A DNA stretch of 64,000 bases from Octopus sinensis (GCF_006345805.1 NC_043026.1:5022001-5086000), one strand, 5' to 3'; positions 35,541 to 49,351 are shown, counted from the first letter of the stretch. The notes: a model not told the origin generated them from the sequence alone. Made by a program: numbers and translations.

Positions 35541-37797
35541 CATCATCATCATCATCATCATTTAGCGTCCGCTTTCCATGCTAGCATGGGTTGGACGTCT
35601 GTGAAGCCAGAAGGCTGCATCAGGCTCAGTCTATCTGGCAGTGTTTCTACGGCTGGATGTCCTTCCTAACGCCAATCACTCCGTGAGTGTAGTGGGTGCT
35701 TTTTACGTGGCACCCGCAAAGGTGCCAGACGGAGCTGGCAAACGGCCACAGACGGATGATGCTTTTTACGTGCCACCAGCACGGGGGCCAGGCGAGGCTG
35801 GCAACGGCCACGAATGGTGCTTTTTACGTGTCACCGGCATGGAGGCCAGTCGGGGCGGCGCTGGCAACGGCCACAATTGGATGGTTCGCTTACTTGTCAC
35901 AGGCACTGGTACCACAGCTGCAATTTCCATTGATGTTGATCGACTTCGATTTTGGTTCTGCTTTCTGATATCTGATTTGATTTGGTTTGATTTTGATTTT
36001 CACTTGCCTCAACGGGTCTTCAAAATTGGAGTTTTGTGTCCCAAGAAGGAAAGGTATGTATAAGTCGACTGGCTACATACCAGGTAGAGGCCACGGGTTA
36101 TGGTCTCACTAGTCTTGCTGGGTCTTCTCACGCATAGCATACTTCCATAGGTCTCAGTCTCTAGTCATTAACTTGGTGAGACCTAAAGTTCAGAGGTCGT
36201 GCTTCACCGCCTCGTCCCAGGTTTTCCTGGGTCTACCTCTTCCACAGATTCCCTCAACTGCTAGGGTGTGGCACTTTTGCACACAACTATCTTCAGCCAT
36301 TCTCGTCACATGACCATACCAGCGCAGACGTCTCTCTTGCACACCACAACTGATGCTTCTTAGGTCCAACTTTTCTCTCAAGGTACTTACACTCTGTCAA
36401 TTATGAACACTGACATTACACATCCATCGGAGCATACTGGCTTCATTTCTTGCGAGCTTACGCATATCCTCAGCAGTCACAGCCCATGTTTCACTACCAT
36501 GTAGCATGGCTGTACGTACACATGCATCATACAATCTGCCTTTTACTCTGAGCGAGAGGCCTTTTGTCACCAGCAGGGGTAAGAGCTCTCCAAACTTTGC
36601 CCAGGCTATTCTTACTCTAGCAGTTACACTTTCAGCACACCCACCCCCGCTACTGACTTGGTCACCTAGGTAATAGAAGCAATCAATTATTTCTAGTTTT
36701 TCTCCCTGGAATGTGGCGGAAGGTGCTCTCTGTGCATTTTCAGAGTTTATTGCTCCTGAGCATCTGCCACAGACAAAAACTATTTTCCTAGTTAGCCTTC
36801 CTTTGACATTGCTGCACCTCTTATGTGTCCTTAGCTTACACTTGGTCCACTTTATAGAGTTTCTACCTACACCTTTCTTACAGATCGAGCAAGGCTATCT
36901 ACCTGAAGGCGTTTGTGATTGGTCTAACTTCCTACTTATTAGGACTTTGGTTTTGGCTAGGTTGACTCTAAGGCCCTTCGATTCTAAACCTTGCTTCCAT
37001 ACCTGAAACTTCTCCTCCAGTTCTGATAGTGACTCAGCAATTAGAGCAAGGTCATCAGCATAGAGGAGCTCCCAGGGGCATCCTGTCTTGAATTCCTCCG
37101 TTATTGCCTGGAGGACTATGATAAATTGGAGGGGACTGAGGACTGAACCTTGGTGGACCCCAACCTCTACCCGGAATTCTTCCCTGTACTCGTTGCCAAC
37201 CCTCACCGTACTAGCAGCATCTCTGTACATGGCTCGCACAGCTCTCACTAACAATTCATCTATCCCTAGTTTCCTCATTGACCACCAGATAAGGGATCGG
37301 GGGACACTGTCGAAGGCTTTCTCCATGTCAACAAAAGCCAGGTACAGGGTCTTATCTTTGGCTAGGTATTTCTCCTGCAGCTGTCTTACCAGGAATATAG
37401 CATCAGTAGTACTTTTCCCTGGCACGAACCCAAACTGCATCTCATCTAAGCTAACTCTCTCTCTAATTAGTTGGGCCATAACCCTCTCCGTAACCTTCAT
37501 TACCTGATCCACCAACTTGATACCTCTGTAATTATTTGTATCTAGGGCGTCACCTTTACCTTTGTAGCAGTTGACTATTATGCTGCTACATCAGTCTTTG
37601 GGTATGACTCCTTCGTGTATCACCTGGTTAACTATACGGGTGACTAGGCTATAGCCGACACTGCCAGATATTTTGAGCATCTCTGCAGTATTTCCTGATG
37701 GGCCTGGGACTTTCCCTGTTTCCATGCTTGTAATTGCCTTAACTACTAAGGAACTGTCAACTCGGATTGCTGGTCCCTTTGTTGGGTCGACATTGGG
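35541..37797 (-). mobile_element. 5'-truncated RTE-clade LINE (copy B)
   Basis: ORFs 37591-37854, 36895-37515 (LLYADD) and 36190-36381; 3' UTR with 4 diverged stem-loop units and a (GAT)n tail. Confidence 0.95.
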
Positions 37798-37799
37798 AC

Positions 37800-38030
37800 A
37801 TATATATATATATGTGTGTGTGTGTGTTTGTGTGTCTGTTTGTCCCTCCAACATCGCTTGACAACTGATGCTGGTGTGTTTATGTCACCGTAACTTAGCG
37901 GTTCGGGAAAAGAGACCGATAGAATAAGTACTAGGCTTACAAAGAATAAGTCCTGGGGTCGATTTGCTTGACTAAAGGCGGTGCTCCAGCATGACCATAG
38001 TCAAATGACTGAAACAAGTAAAAGAGTAAA
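37800..38030 (+). mobile_element. SINE family A, 3' half
   Basis: GTTTGTCCC...GATGCTGGTGTGTTTA...GACTGAAACAAGTAAAAGAGTAAA. Confidence 0.85.
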
Positions 38031-38091
38031 GCATTGCCCTGGGGTTAATATAATCAAATTTCCCGGGTCTTTTCCTTTTGAATGGCACTTT

Positions 38092-38860
38092 GTAACATAA
38101 TTTCTAGGTAACTAACAAAGTTTTAAACTTCGTATACTGGTAGAATGTGTTTATAAAACATCATTTTCTCTTGGCTTTATTGAGAAAATTCTATAGGTTG
38201 TAACATAATTTCTAGGTAAGTAACAAAGTTTTAAACTTCGTATACTGGTAGAATGTGTTTATAAAACATCATTTTCTCTTGGCTTTATTGAGAAAATTCT
38301 ATAGGTTGTAACATAATTTCTAGGTAACTAACAAAGTTTTAAACTTCGTATACTGGTAGAATGTGTTTATAAAACATCATTTCTTTTGGCTTTATTGAGA
38401 AAATTCTATAGGTTGTATCGGTAACTATAATTTTAGGTAAGTATAACATTTTTAACTTGTCTATACTGGTAGATGTGTTTATAAAACATCATTTTCTCTT
38501 GGCTTTATTGAGAAAATTCTATAGGTGTAACATAATTTCTAGGTAACTAACAAAGTTTTAAACTTCGTATACTGGTAGAATGTGTTTTATAAAACATCAT
38601 TTTCTCTTGGCTTTATTGAGAAAATCTATAGGTTGTTAACATAATTTCTAGGTAAGTAACAAAGTTTTAAACTTCGTATACTGGTAGAATGTGTTTATAA
38701 AACCATCATTTTCTCTTGGCTTATTGAGAAAATTCTATAGGTTGTAACATAATTTCTAGGTAACTAACAAAGTTTTAAACTTCGTATACTGGTAGAATGT
38801 GTTTATAAAACATCATTTTCTCTTGGCTTTATTGAGAAAATTCTATAGGTTGTAACATAT
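38092..38860. repeat. Tandem array of seven 108-bp units with alternating A/B variants
   Basis: Unit starts at 38092, 38200, 38308, ~38421, 38527, 38635 and 38744; partial unit at 38852. Confidence 0.95.
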
Positions 38861-38864
38861 TTCG

Positions 38865-39376
38865 TCTAAAATTTCTTGCATTTCGGCAATTTTAACCAAT
38901 CAATTACCTCCATTGACGTAAATAACATTCTGTGCATAATGAATATGTCCCTCGTTTAAGAAACAGTTTGGGTTTATTTACATTTGGGAAGAAAAAAGAT
39001 ACCCTTCCCCCACCCCTAACCCTAAATCTAAAATAGATTGAAATGCAATAGATCGATACTAGGGTTATAATTATGGGTGACAATTTCATATGACACCGCT
39101 ACGGAAAATGGGATTTTTTTCTAGTGGTGTCAAATGAAAATGTCACTCATAATTATGGCCCTAGTATTGATCTATTGCATTTCAATCTATTTTAGATTTA
39201 GGGTTAGAGTTAGGGTTAGGGTTAGGGGTTGGGGAAGGGTATCTTTTTTCTTCACAAATGTAAATAAATCCAATCTGTTTCTTAAAGGAGGGACATATTC
39301 ATTATGCACAGAATGTTATTTACGTCAACGGAGGTAATTGATTGGTTAAAATTGCCGAAATGCAAGAAAATTTAGA
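38865..39376. mobile_element. Palindromic (foldback) element, about 240-bp arms containing TTAGGG/CCCTAA repeats
   Basis: 38865-39101 is the reverse complement of 39122-39376, with a 20-nt loop. Confidence 0.9.
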
Positions 39377-39379
39377 GAT

Positions 39380-39525
39380 CGACCCCCAGTGCTCAACTGG
39401 TTATTATTTTATTGACCCTGAAAGGATGAAGGGCGAAGTTGACCTTAGCAGCATTCAAACTAAGAACCTGAAGCCAAAAGAAATGCTGCTGGGCATTTTA
39501 TCCAGCATGGTAATGATTCTAGCCC
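39380..39525 (-). mobile_element. SINE family B fragment
   Basis: ATCGACCCCCAGTG...GAAAGGATGAAGGGCGAAGTTGACC. Confidence 0.65.
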
Positions 39526-40080
39526 CTTGCAACCTTAATAATAACAACTACAACAAGAACATCAATATTAATGTTTCCCTGTATTTCTATGATCAACATT
39601 AATACAAAACACTACAATACAAAAAAACCCCCAAAAAAACCACCACCAACAACAAAACCTTGAAGTGTACATAAATATGGCATGAAGCATGAATGATAAA
39701 TGATCTCCTGGCAATTAGAAGTAACGATACAATATAGAATAGTTTCTTATAGCCAGAGGATAATACTGTAGCAAATTTGAACTCACGACATGGGTTTGTA
39801 GTTCAACATTTCAGCCACTTAGCCACCTTGCCACCACCACACCACACAAAACGAAAGAAAGAGTACCTCAATACATATAGTGTTTATATCTATTGAGAAA
39901 CACCTGATGATTGCCTCTGTTGCTCTTCAGGTGTCTCCCCTCCCCGTGTCCAATGTTGAGTTGACATTCTTTGAATGACTACACAGGGTAGAAAGCTAGA
40001 TCGAGCAACAGAGTGAAAATCATTAGCTGTTTTAATAAATAACTGAATGTGTGTATATATAGAGAGAGATAGAGAGATAG

Positions 40081-40145
<65 letters not shown>

Positions 40146-40195
40146 CACATACATATATATATATACACACACATATATATATACATACATATATA

Positions 40196-40645
40196 TCTCT
40201 TATTATAAAAGGCAGATTTTATCTGCCTCCCTTTGGGAGTTATAGAAATCTACAATATAGGATTTCTTCAATTACAATTTACCTAGCAGTTTTAAGAGTA
40301 CAATGCATCGCGTCATGCCAGGTCCAGTTTTTAAAATTTAAACTCCAATTAAGCAAAATTTACAGAAAACTCACATTCTGGTGTGTGTGTCAAATGCTTT
40401 TCTTAGTCTGGTTTACACCACACGCAAACGCACACACACAGTGGGCAACGAATAAAATGAAAGTAAATGTAATATTTGTTTCTGTCTATCACGCTGATAG
40501 ATACATGAGTAAAATGTATGGGAAGCTAACAGATAAGAGTGAGTGAAAATGTTCTTGGAAGAGAGTAAATTAGCGACAGTGATTTGAGGAAGACTAAACT
40601 GAAACTATGAAACAGTGTTTATGTATGAACAGACGACACTTATAT
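40196..40645 (+). mobile_element. Helitron-like non-autonomous element, 5' part
   Basis: A|TCTCTTATTATAAAAGGCAG start; no 3' CTAG found. Confidence 0.4.
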
Positions 40646-40648
40646 AAA

Positions 40649-40960
40649 CCCTTTCGTTACCAAACCGCCCGAATTTACCTATTCATATTTAAATGAGAAT
40701 ATCAGAGTAAATCTCTTTAGTACATTCGTGAAAACACGTATTATACTTCGTAAACACTTCAAATACAGTTTTGTACAAAAATCGAAGTGTAATTTTAATT
40801 CCGTGAATTATGGGAGATTTTTTTCCGAAATTTGTTCCTATTGTGTTTTCAAAATTTGTAATTCTGACAAAAAATGGATACGAATTTCATTATATGAAGC
40901 AGCGAGTCAGAATTCGAAGGATTTTCTACTGAAGACCTTCATAAATCTAACTCTATGACT
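40649..40960 (+). mobile_element. piggyBac-like left end (truncated)
   Basis: Same CCCTTTCGTTACC TIR as the 45540 MITE, with a different interior. Confidence 0.5.
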
Positions 40961-40974
40961 GAAAAAAAAAAGCA

Positions 40975-41356
40975 TCTTTATATAAGAGTGAAGTTGTGTG
41001 TCTGTCTCCTTCGATTTACATTCGTAATTACTCCCACATTTTGCGGTGCAGTTTAACCAAAAGCGGGTATCTTATAGTCGTGATTCATATCGAGCCCTTC
41101 TGGGTATTAGCGCGTGTCTACGATGAGTCTACAATTTAAAAAAAATTTACCATCATATTTTTCCATTTTAATGCATTTTTTCGCTTTTATATAAGGGAAG
41201 TAACTCTCTAAAAATATCTACGATGTGTCAACAATTTAAAAAAAATTTACCTTAATTTTTTTTCAATTTTTAATGCATTTTTTTGCTATAACTCTCTAAA
41301 AATGCTTATATAGTTATTTCCCTTACAACCCGAGCAACGCCGGGCGATACTGCTAG
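40975..41356 (+). mobile_element. Complete non-autonomous Helitron
   Basis: A|TC start, 3' hairpin CCCGAGCAACGCCGGG, CTAG|T end. Confidence 0.85.
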
Positions 41357-41390
<34 letters not shown>

Positions 41391-41511
41391 TGTACATACA
41401 TTTATATATATATAGCACCCAGATGTACTGTCTAATATATATGCACACACACACATATACATATATACACATATATATATATATACATACATACATGTAT
41501 ATATATATATA

Positions 41512-41542
<31 letters not shown>

Positions 41543-42413
41543 TATACATATATACACATATATATATATACATACACACACACACATATACATATATATG
41601 TATATATACATACATTTTTATATATATATAGCACCCAGATGTACCGTCTAACCAATGTTGGCAAGGGAGTCAGACTGACCCTGTTACCATGACTACTTTG
41701 TCTTCCTCTCTCCCGTTTCCATCATTCTCATCCTCCCACAATAAATCCTCCTTCCTTCCATCCATCAGGGGGGCTCTCTGTTGCTTTTCATGCAGCAAGC
41801 GAATCCCCGAAATGCTGGTGCCACATAAAGCACCCAACATACTTTAAGTGATTATCTAGGCTTGAGAGGGTTGCTGATGACAAGGCAACATCTATAACGC
41901 TGGTGCTACTTGAAAGAAAAATGCACTCAGTACACTATGTAAACTGGTTGCTACAAGTCTAGGAATGGCATCAAATTGTAGAAACCATGCCAAAAGTGAG
42001 ATATCAAGGCAAGGTGTGAGTCTCCAACCTGTTGAAACCTGTCGAACTAACCTACCTGTGTCAGCTGATGAAAACTGATGTAAATTGATAATATTATATA
42101 TATATATATGTGTATATATATGTGTGTATATATATGTGTGTGTATAGGGAGACTTCACGAAGAAAACAAAAGATGAAGACAGGTGGTGTAGAAAACAAAC
42201 AGATGTATTAGTATAACGCTCCTTGTCAGTAAAATTTTTTATATGTATGATAAATAATACATACATGGCAAGTGAAAGATAAAGGGTTCAATCACCAATC
42301 ACCCCCATTAGCTTGTTGGTCTTTTTCAATCTAAAATTAGTGTTTTACATAGGTGTGTCTATATATATATATAGGTGACTATATATACATTCATGTATGT
42401 GTTTGTATTTATA

Positions 42414-42820
42414 TACTCTTTACTCTTTTACTCTTTTACTTGTTTCAGTCATTTGACTGTGGCCATGCTGGAGCACCGCCTTTAATCGAGAAAATCGACC
42501 CCGGGACTTATTCTTTGTAAGCCCAGTACTTATTCTATCGGTCTCTTTTGCCGAACCGCTAAGTGACGGGGACGTAAACACACCAGCATCGGTTGTCAAG
42601 CAATGCTAGGGGGACAAACACACACACACACACTTATATATATATATACATATATACAACAGGCTTCTTTCAGTTTCCGTCTACCAAATCCACTCACAAG
42701 GTATTGGTTGGCCCGGGGCTATAGCAGAAGACACTTGCCCAAGATGCCACGCAGTGGGACTGAAACCGGAACCATGTGGTTGGTTAGCAAGCTACTTACC
42801 ACACAGCCACTCCTGCGCCT
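42414..42820 (-). mobile_element. SINE family A, full length and young
   Basis: Near-identical reverse complement of 52100-52545. Confidence 0.9.
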
Positions 42821-43514
42821 ATTATAATATGTATGATTAGGAAGACTTTTTTTTAGTCTGTTTAATGGCCATGCTGAAAGGGTTGACAGGGTAAACATGA
42901 ACGAAAGATCTGGTAAAATGGAGATGAGTGAAGGGGCAATGAACAAGTATCAGAAAGATAGGCAAAGATGAGATTACTGGTGCTCTAGGCTAGGGGAAAT
43001 TTCATTGAAAAATGGTGGTGTTTGGTCTTTGTTTTACCTCTAGATGCAGTAGGGACATGCTAATTTGTTTATAGTTGAAAATGATAGAAATTTCAAGCTT
43101 TTTGATTGTTCCTTGTAGCTTTCTTTAAGGGAGTCCTCTTTTCCATTTCAATAATTGTAGCATAATAGACCCATGATCAAAGACTTTCCAACCTTACTAT
43201 ATATAGAACTATATTATTCAATGTGTCTGTTCATATTTTTAAATTGGTAAGATATACCGTGAGACAATTGGCTGCTATATCTAGCTGGTGTATGTAAATT
43301 ATTTTGTATTCAATCACTGTAAACTACCTCCTTTTGTTTGTATATAGATCTATTGCCATTTTATGTCCTCCCACACTTCCTACTGGTGAAATTAATTGAT
43401 ATTTCAGTATTAAGTTAATTCACTTTATCTTATGAATGCCTCAAATTCAACTGGGGCCATCTTCACCTTTACTCCTTCCAGGAGTTGTTGTTATTGTTAT
43501 TATTATTATTGTTA

Positions 43515-43685
43515 TAAAAGCAGCAGAATCAATAGCATTCCAGGCAAAATGCTTAGCAGCATTTCATCCGTCTTGATGTTCTGAGTTCAAATCCCACAAA
43601 GGTTGACTTTGTCATTCATCCTTTTGGGGTTGATGTAATCAAGTTATTCTCCCCCAGAATTGCTGGCTTTGAGCCAATATTTGAA
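43515..43685 (+). mobile_element. SINE family B
   Basis: GCAGCAGAATC...GTTCTGAGTTCAAATCC...CATCCTTTTGGGG with an (ATT)n tail. Confidence 0.7.
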
Positions 43686-44049
43686 ATCATTATTATAATT
43701 ATTATTATTATTATTAGTAGTAGTAGTAGTAGTATCAGCAAACAGAGGAGTGCCAGACTAAATACTAGACAGTAAGAGAATCTGTACTTCCTCTTTTTGA
43801 GGAAGATTCACACATTCCATTGACCAAATGCTCTATTTTCTGTAAACACCTTGGTTGGCTGGTTACGTTCTTGAGTCATACTGACTCATAAGGGCTGATT
43901 TTCTGGTTTCTATGGCACATAAATTCCTCAGTTTTGCCAGCCAAGTGAACTGGAGCAATGTGAAATGAAGTGTTCTGCTCAATAACAAAATGCATTGCCT
44001 GGACCAGGAACTGAAACCGCAATCTTATGATCATGAGTGCAACACCCTA

Positions 44050-45165
44050 ACTAAGCCACATGCCTCCTGTAAACATCTGCTGAGGGAAGATTGGGCATAG
44101 TGTAGTTGATGATATAGACATGTGCTGAGGTTGTGACATCCACAGCAATTCCCTGATGGTGAACGGGTATGGTTGCTGTTTGTCAAATGTATTTTTACAC
44201 AGCTCTTCTCTTTGACACAGATGCAGAGCTGTGTCAAGCAAAGGCTGAGAGAAGGTGCTTAGCATCTGGAATGTCACAAAGTACACACAGGCCTTTACCA
44301 GCTGGTGGCAGTTCTATGTTGGCATTCTACAGAGGATTAGTGGCACAAAAGCAATGATGTTCTTGGGGGTGAGAGAGTCTGGGTATCAACGAAAATTAAC
44401 TGGCTGGAAATTTCAAAGGATTTTCAGGCCTGGACTCATTGATAATTACTAGAAATCCCTGGCCTTGCTTTGCTACCAGGGGTTATTACCAGTTTGAGAT
44501 AAACTCTGCAGGTCAAGAAGCACCATCAGCTAAACCAGTCTGAGATATGTGCAGAGCAATGAAACCTTCCTGTACATACTCGTCCCGTGCCTAGGCATTG
44601 CTGACTTGTGGAGTTATGTCGAAAACCTACTGTAATGTGTGGGGTGATCCATCTATCAGCTGTGTCTGTTGTGAAGTTCATCCCACCACTTTCCTTTCTT
44701 GGGAAAGACAGGCAATCTATATTTGTCAGGGGACTTTGGTAAAAGAAGTTGTGTGGTGGATGAGGTTGAAAGACAGACACTTTCATCAACTTTATCGAGT
44801 TTCACTTCAAAGGGAAAATGAGTGTAAAAACGGGAAGTACTACCTCCCAGTAAATTTGGTGAAAGGTGGATGTGAGTAGTAAGTAGGGTCTGACTGAGGG
44901 AGCTGTCCTAAGCATGCACCTACTGATTGGAAGAGGCCAACGTGAGAGGGCACTTGTCTTAATGGTCAGGGTAACTATGGTTTTATGATATTTCCATAAG
45001 TAACCCTTAGAAGTCTCTTCTTTTGGAGAATTATACCTTGTTTGAATTTTCTTGTTTCTGTTATTTTACTTTTTACATGCTTTTATGCAATCCCTTACTG
45101 TGTGACATCTTGTAATGTCCCCAATGTTTTTATCAACCTTTATTAGTTAATAAAGAAAACATTAT
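44050..45165 (+). mobile_element. Decayed Tx1/L1-clade LINE 3' fragment
   Basis: Translation RHVLRL*HPQQFPDGERVWLLFVKCIFTQLFSL matches RHALRLRHLWLYVDDGEQVWSPFVRHAFPQ of the 60-kb copy; ends in AATAAAGAAAAC. Confidence 0.7.
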
Positions 45166-45332
45166 TTTAATTATAATTATTATTAGTAGTAATAGTAGTA
45201 GTAGGATGGGGGAGTGGTAGAATTCATAGTGCTGATACAACTTGTCTTTCATTCTTCAAAAACTCAATAATATAAGTAAATACAAACCAATTACTAGAGT
45301 TCATTTAATTACACACCACCACTTCCTAAATT

Positions 45333-45371
<39 letters not shown>

Positions 45372-45429
45372 AAAAAAAATCACTGTCATCATCATCATCA
45401 TCATCATTATTATTATTATCATTATTATT

Positions 45430-45880
45430 CTGAAGGCAGCAAGCTGGCAGAATCGGATGGAATGCCGAGAAGCATTTCTTCCAGTTTTAAGTTCTGAGTT
45501 GAAATGCTGTTGAGGCTGACCTTGACTTTCATCCTTTAACCCTTTCGTTACCAACCTGGCCCTGGCTCTCACTACAAATGTCTTGTTTTCATAAGTTCTG
45601 AATCAAAATCTTCCACCAAACCTTAGTCACAATTTATGTTCCTAACACTAGCTGAATGATAACTAAGTTATTTTACTAAATTCTTTGTTATATTTAAAGT
45701 AATTGAAAGAAACACAGAGCATCTCAAAATAAATACAGTAACGAAAGGGTTAAGGATCATTGAAATAAGTCAATGAAAGAAGTACCATTTGAGCATTAGG
45801 GTTGACATAATCAACTAGCCCTCTTACCCAAAATTTCAGGCCTTGTACCTGAATTAGAAAGAATTATTATAATTATAATA
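45430..45880 (+). mobile_element. SINE family B interrupted by a piggyBac-like MITE
   Basis: SINE body is split at CATCCT|TTAA...TTAA|GG. Confidence 0.75.
45540..45749. mobile_element. piggyBac-like MITE (210 bp) with intact TTAA target-site duplication
   Basis: TTAA|CCCTTTCGTTAC...GTAACGAAAGGG|TTAA. Confidence 0.9.
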
Positions 45881-45896
45881 ATTATTATTTATTATC

Positions 45897-46071
45897 CAAA
45901 ATGCTTTGCGGTATTTCGCCCGTCTTTACATTCTGAGTTCGAATTCTGCCAGGATCGACTGCCTTTCATCCTTTTGGGGTTGATAAATTAAGTACCAGTG
46001 AAACACTGGGGTCGATGTAATCGACTATCTCACTCCCCCAAATTTCAGGCCTTGTGCCTTTAGTAGAAAGG

Positions 46072-46075
<4 letters not shown>
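45897..46075 (+). mobile_element. SINE family B with (ATT)n tail
   Basis: GGTATTTCG...GAGTTCGAATTC...GGGGTCGATGTAATCGAC...AGGCCTTGTGCC. Confidence 0.8.
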
Positions 46076-46129
<54 letters not shown>

Positions 46130-46188
46130 TATTATCATCACCAACATCATTTATTGTAGTAGTTAAGGTAGAAGTAGAAATTGTAAAT

Positions 46189-46222
<34 letters not shown>

Positions 46223-46568
46223 AAGCAGCAGCAGTTGTAGTAGTATATTGTTATTCATTTCAGAAACATCTTTATTAAGTGGTATTAAATAATTATCTTA
46301 TAGGGAGCTGAAATGCTGATTATGAGATGAGGTGTCTGAGTGCAAGAAAGAGCAAATGTGTGTGTGTGTGTGTGTGTGTGTGTTGTGTGTGTATGAAACA
46401 TGAAATGAATAGGAGTGAAACACTTGGCAGTCAAAATATTGATGATTTTGACGTGACATTTGTCATTGTTAAAACATTTGACATTTTGCAGTCTTCAATG
46501 TTTATTAAAAAAAAAAAAATTTTTTTTTTTGCTTTCATTTGTTTTACGAATGATGAAATTTGATGACA

Positions 46569-47878
46569 CATCATCATCATCATCATCATTTAGCGTCCGC
46601 TTTCCATGCTAGCATGGGTTGGACTGTTCAACTGGGGTCTGTGAAGCCAGAAGGCTGCATCAGGCCCAGTCTGATCTGGCAGTGTTCCTACGGCTATTTG
46701 CCTTTCCGAACGCCAACCACTCCGTGAGTGTAGTGGGTGCTTTTTACGTGCCACCCGCACAGGTGCCAGACGGAGCTGGCAAACGGCCATGGACAGATGG
46801 TGTTTTTTACATGCCACCAGCACGGGGGCCAGGCGAGGCTGGCAACAGCCATGAATGGATAGTGCTTTTTACGTGCCACGAGCACGGAGGCTAGTCGCGG
46901 CGGGGCTGGCAACGGCCACGATTGGATGGTTCACTTACTTGTCACCGGCACTGGTATCACAGCTGCAATTTTCATTAATGTTGATCGACTCCGATTTTGG
47001 TTCTGCTTTCTGATATCTGATTTGATTTGGTTTGATTTTGATTTTGATTTTGATTTTCACTTGTCTCAACGGGTCTTCACAAGTGGAGTTCTGTGTCCCA
47101 AGAAGGAAAGGTATGTACAAGTGACTGGCTACATATCAGGTAGAGACCACGGGTTATGGTCTCACTAGTCTTGCCGGGTCTTCTCACGCACAGCATACTT
47201 CCATAGGTCTCGGTCTCTAGTCATTTCCTTGGTGAGACCTAAAGTTCAGAGGTCGTGCTTCACCGCCTTGTCCCAGGTTTTCCTGGGTCTACCTCTTCCA
47301 CAGATTCCCTCAACTGCTAGGGTGTGGCACTTTTGCACACAACTATCTTCAGCCATTCTCGTCACATGACCATACCAGCGCAGACGTCTCTCTTGCACAC
47401 CACAACTGATGCTTCTTAGGTCCAACTTTTCTCTCAAGGTACTTACACTCTGTCAATTATGAACACTGACATTACACATCCATCGGAGCATACTGGCTTC
47501 ATTTCTTGCGAGCTTACGCATATCCTCAGCAGTCACAGCCCATGTTTCACTACCATGTAGCATGGCTGTACGTACACATGCATCATACAGTCTGCCTTTT
47601 ACTCTGAGCGAGAGGCCTTTCGTCACCAGCAGGGGTAAGAGCTCTCTTAACTTTGCCCAGGCTATTCTTACTCTAGCAGTTACACTTTCAGCACACCCAC
47701 TGACTTGGTCACCTAGGTAGCGGAAGCTATCAACTACTTCTAGTTTTTCTCCCTGGAACGTGGTAGAAGTTGGTCTCTGCACATTTTCAGAGTTTATTGC
47801 TCCTGAGCATCTGCCACAGACAAAAACTATTTTCCTAGTTAGCCTTCCTTTGGCATTGCTGCACCTCTTATGTGTCCA
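46569..47878 (-). mobile_element. 5'-truncated RTE-clade LINE (copy D, same subfamily as B)
   Basis: ORFs 47453-47884 and 47246-47437; the 3' UTR is nearly identical to copy B. Confidence 0.93.
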
Positions 47879-48233
47879 CTGCAATCAAACAGTCACAGGC
47901 TGAATGAAAACAGAAACTGTAATGGAGTATAAATCAGATGAGGGGGAAAAATATATAAAAGTGTTTAAAAAAAAAAGAACCAACAAAAAACAGGAGGTAA
48001 TTTAGAAAAAAAGAAAGGAAAAGAAATCCAAAGCAGAAGATTAAATAAACTTTAAAAATCCTGACAGGAAAGAAATGAAAGAACTCAGACACAACATTTG
48101 ACAGTAAAAATTATAAATATAATTTAAGAGTAAATATTGCTGAGGAAGTGAAAAACAAAATTTAAAAAATCCAAAAACATAAAAAAAGAGAGAGGAAAGT
48201 TTGTAATTTTATAAATGACATTAAATTAAACAT

Positions 48234-49134
48234 TCAGACGTTTGCCAGAATCTTTAATTCTCTTTCATCTTTGTTTTGTGGATTTTTCCAGATAAACTTC
48301 TTTTGAAAATTCCAAAATTTTTTCATCACAGCCTTCTTATTACGTAGTCGGAGGCTGCCGATTTCTTTTGATTTCATTGCTTTCAGTGGGGTCAGTGGAA
48401 GCCCCTGCAACTGTGAGTGCAGGGCTGTTGGCGAGGGAAGCAATTTGAGGAGATTGGTAAGATTTTCGACAAGCTCCCAATCCAGAGTCTTTTGAAATAT
48501 GTGGAGTGTCTCTAGAAGAGCAGATAAATTCTTGTTCAAACAAATGCTTGTTACTACTTTGCTCAAAATCTGACAAATCAGTATTTTCTTTATTATGTGA
48601 TCTCGATCTTCGATGTTCTAACATTCCTCTGTGTCTGCGATTACTTGAAGAATTGTTGTTATTGGCTCTCTTATCGTGATTGTTTTTGGCCACTTGTCTG
48701 TGGACCTTTGGTTTGGCACCTTCTGGCTTCATTTGATTGTCTTTAGAGATGTTAGATATTGGACTGAAAGGACAGACCTTTGTGACAATGGGATGACTAG
48801 ACAGGAGAAAAATACAGAGAACTAGTGTCTTGGAATGAATCAGCTGGCAAACTTTGATTGCTGTATGAAGATTTATCTTTGCAAAGCTGATTCGTTGAAT
48901 ATACTGAATGAGGCACTTTTTTTACTCTTAGCTAAAATTTGGTTGTGATTTTGTTTGGAAACAGCAGCAGCAGTAGTAGTAGTAGTAGTAGTAGTAGTAG
49001 CAGTAGTTGTGGCAGCATTTTGCTGTTCTGAAGATGTTGAAGAAGAACCATGAAGAGCAGCATTCTGCATTTTGGAAGCATGATGATGGTGATGGTGATG
49101 GTGATGATGATGATGATGGTGGTGATGATGATGT

Positions 49135-49180
<46 letters not shown>

Positions 49181-49266
49181 TATGATGATGATGGTGGTGG
49201 TGGTGGTGGTCATGATGATGGTGATGATGATGATGCTGGTGGTGGTGGTGGTGGTGGTGGTGGTGG

Positions 49267-49351
<85 letters not shown>

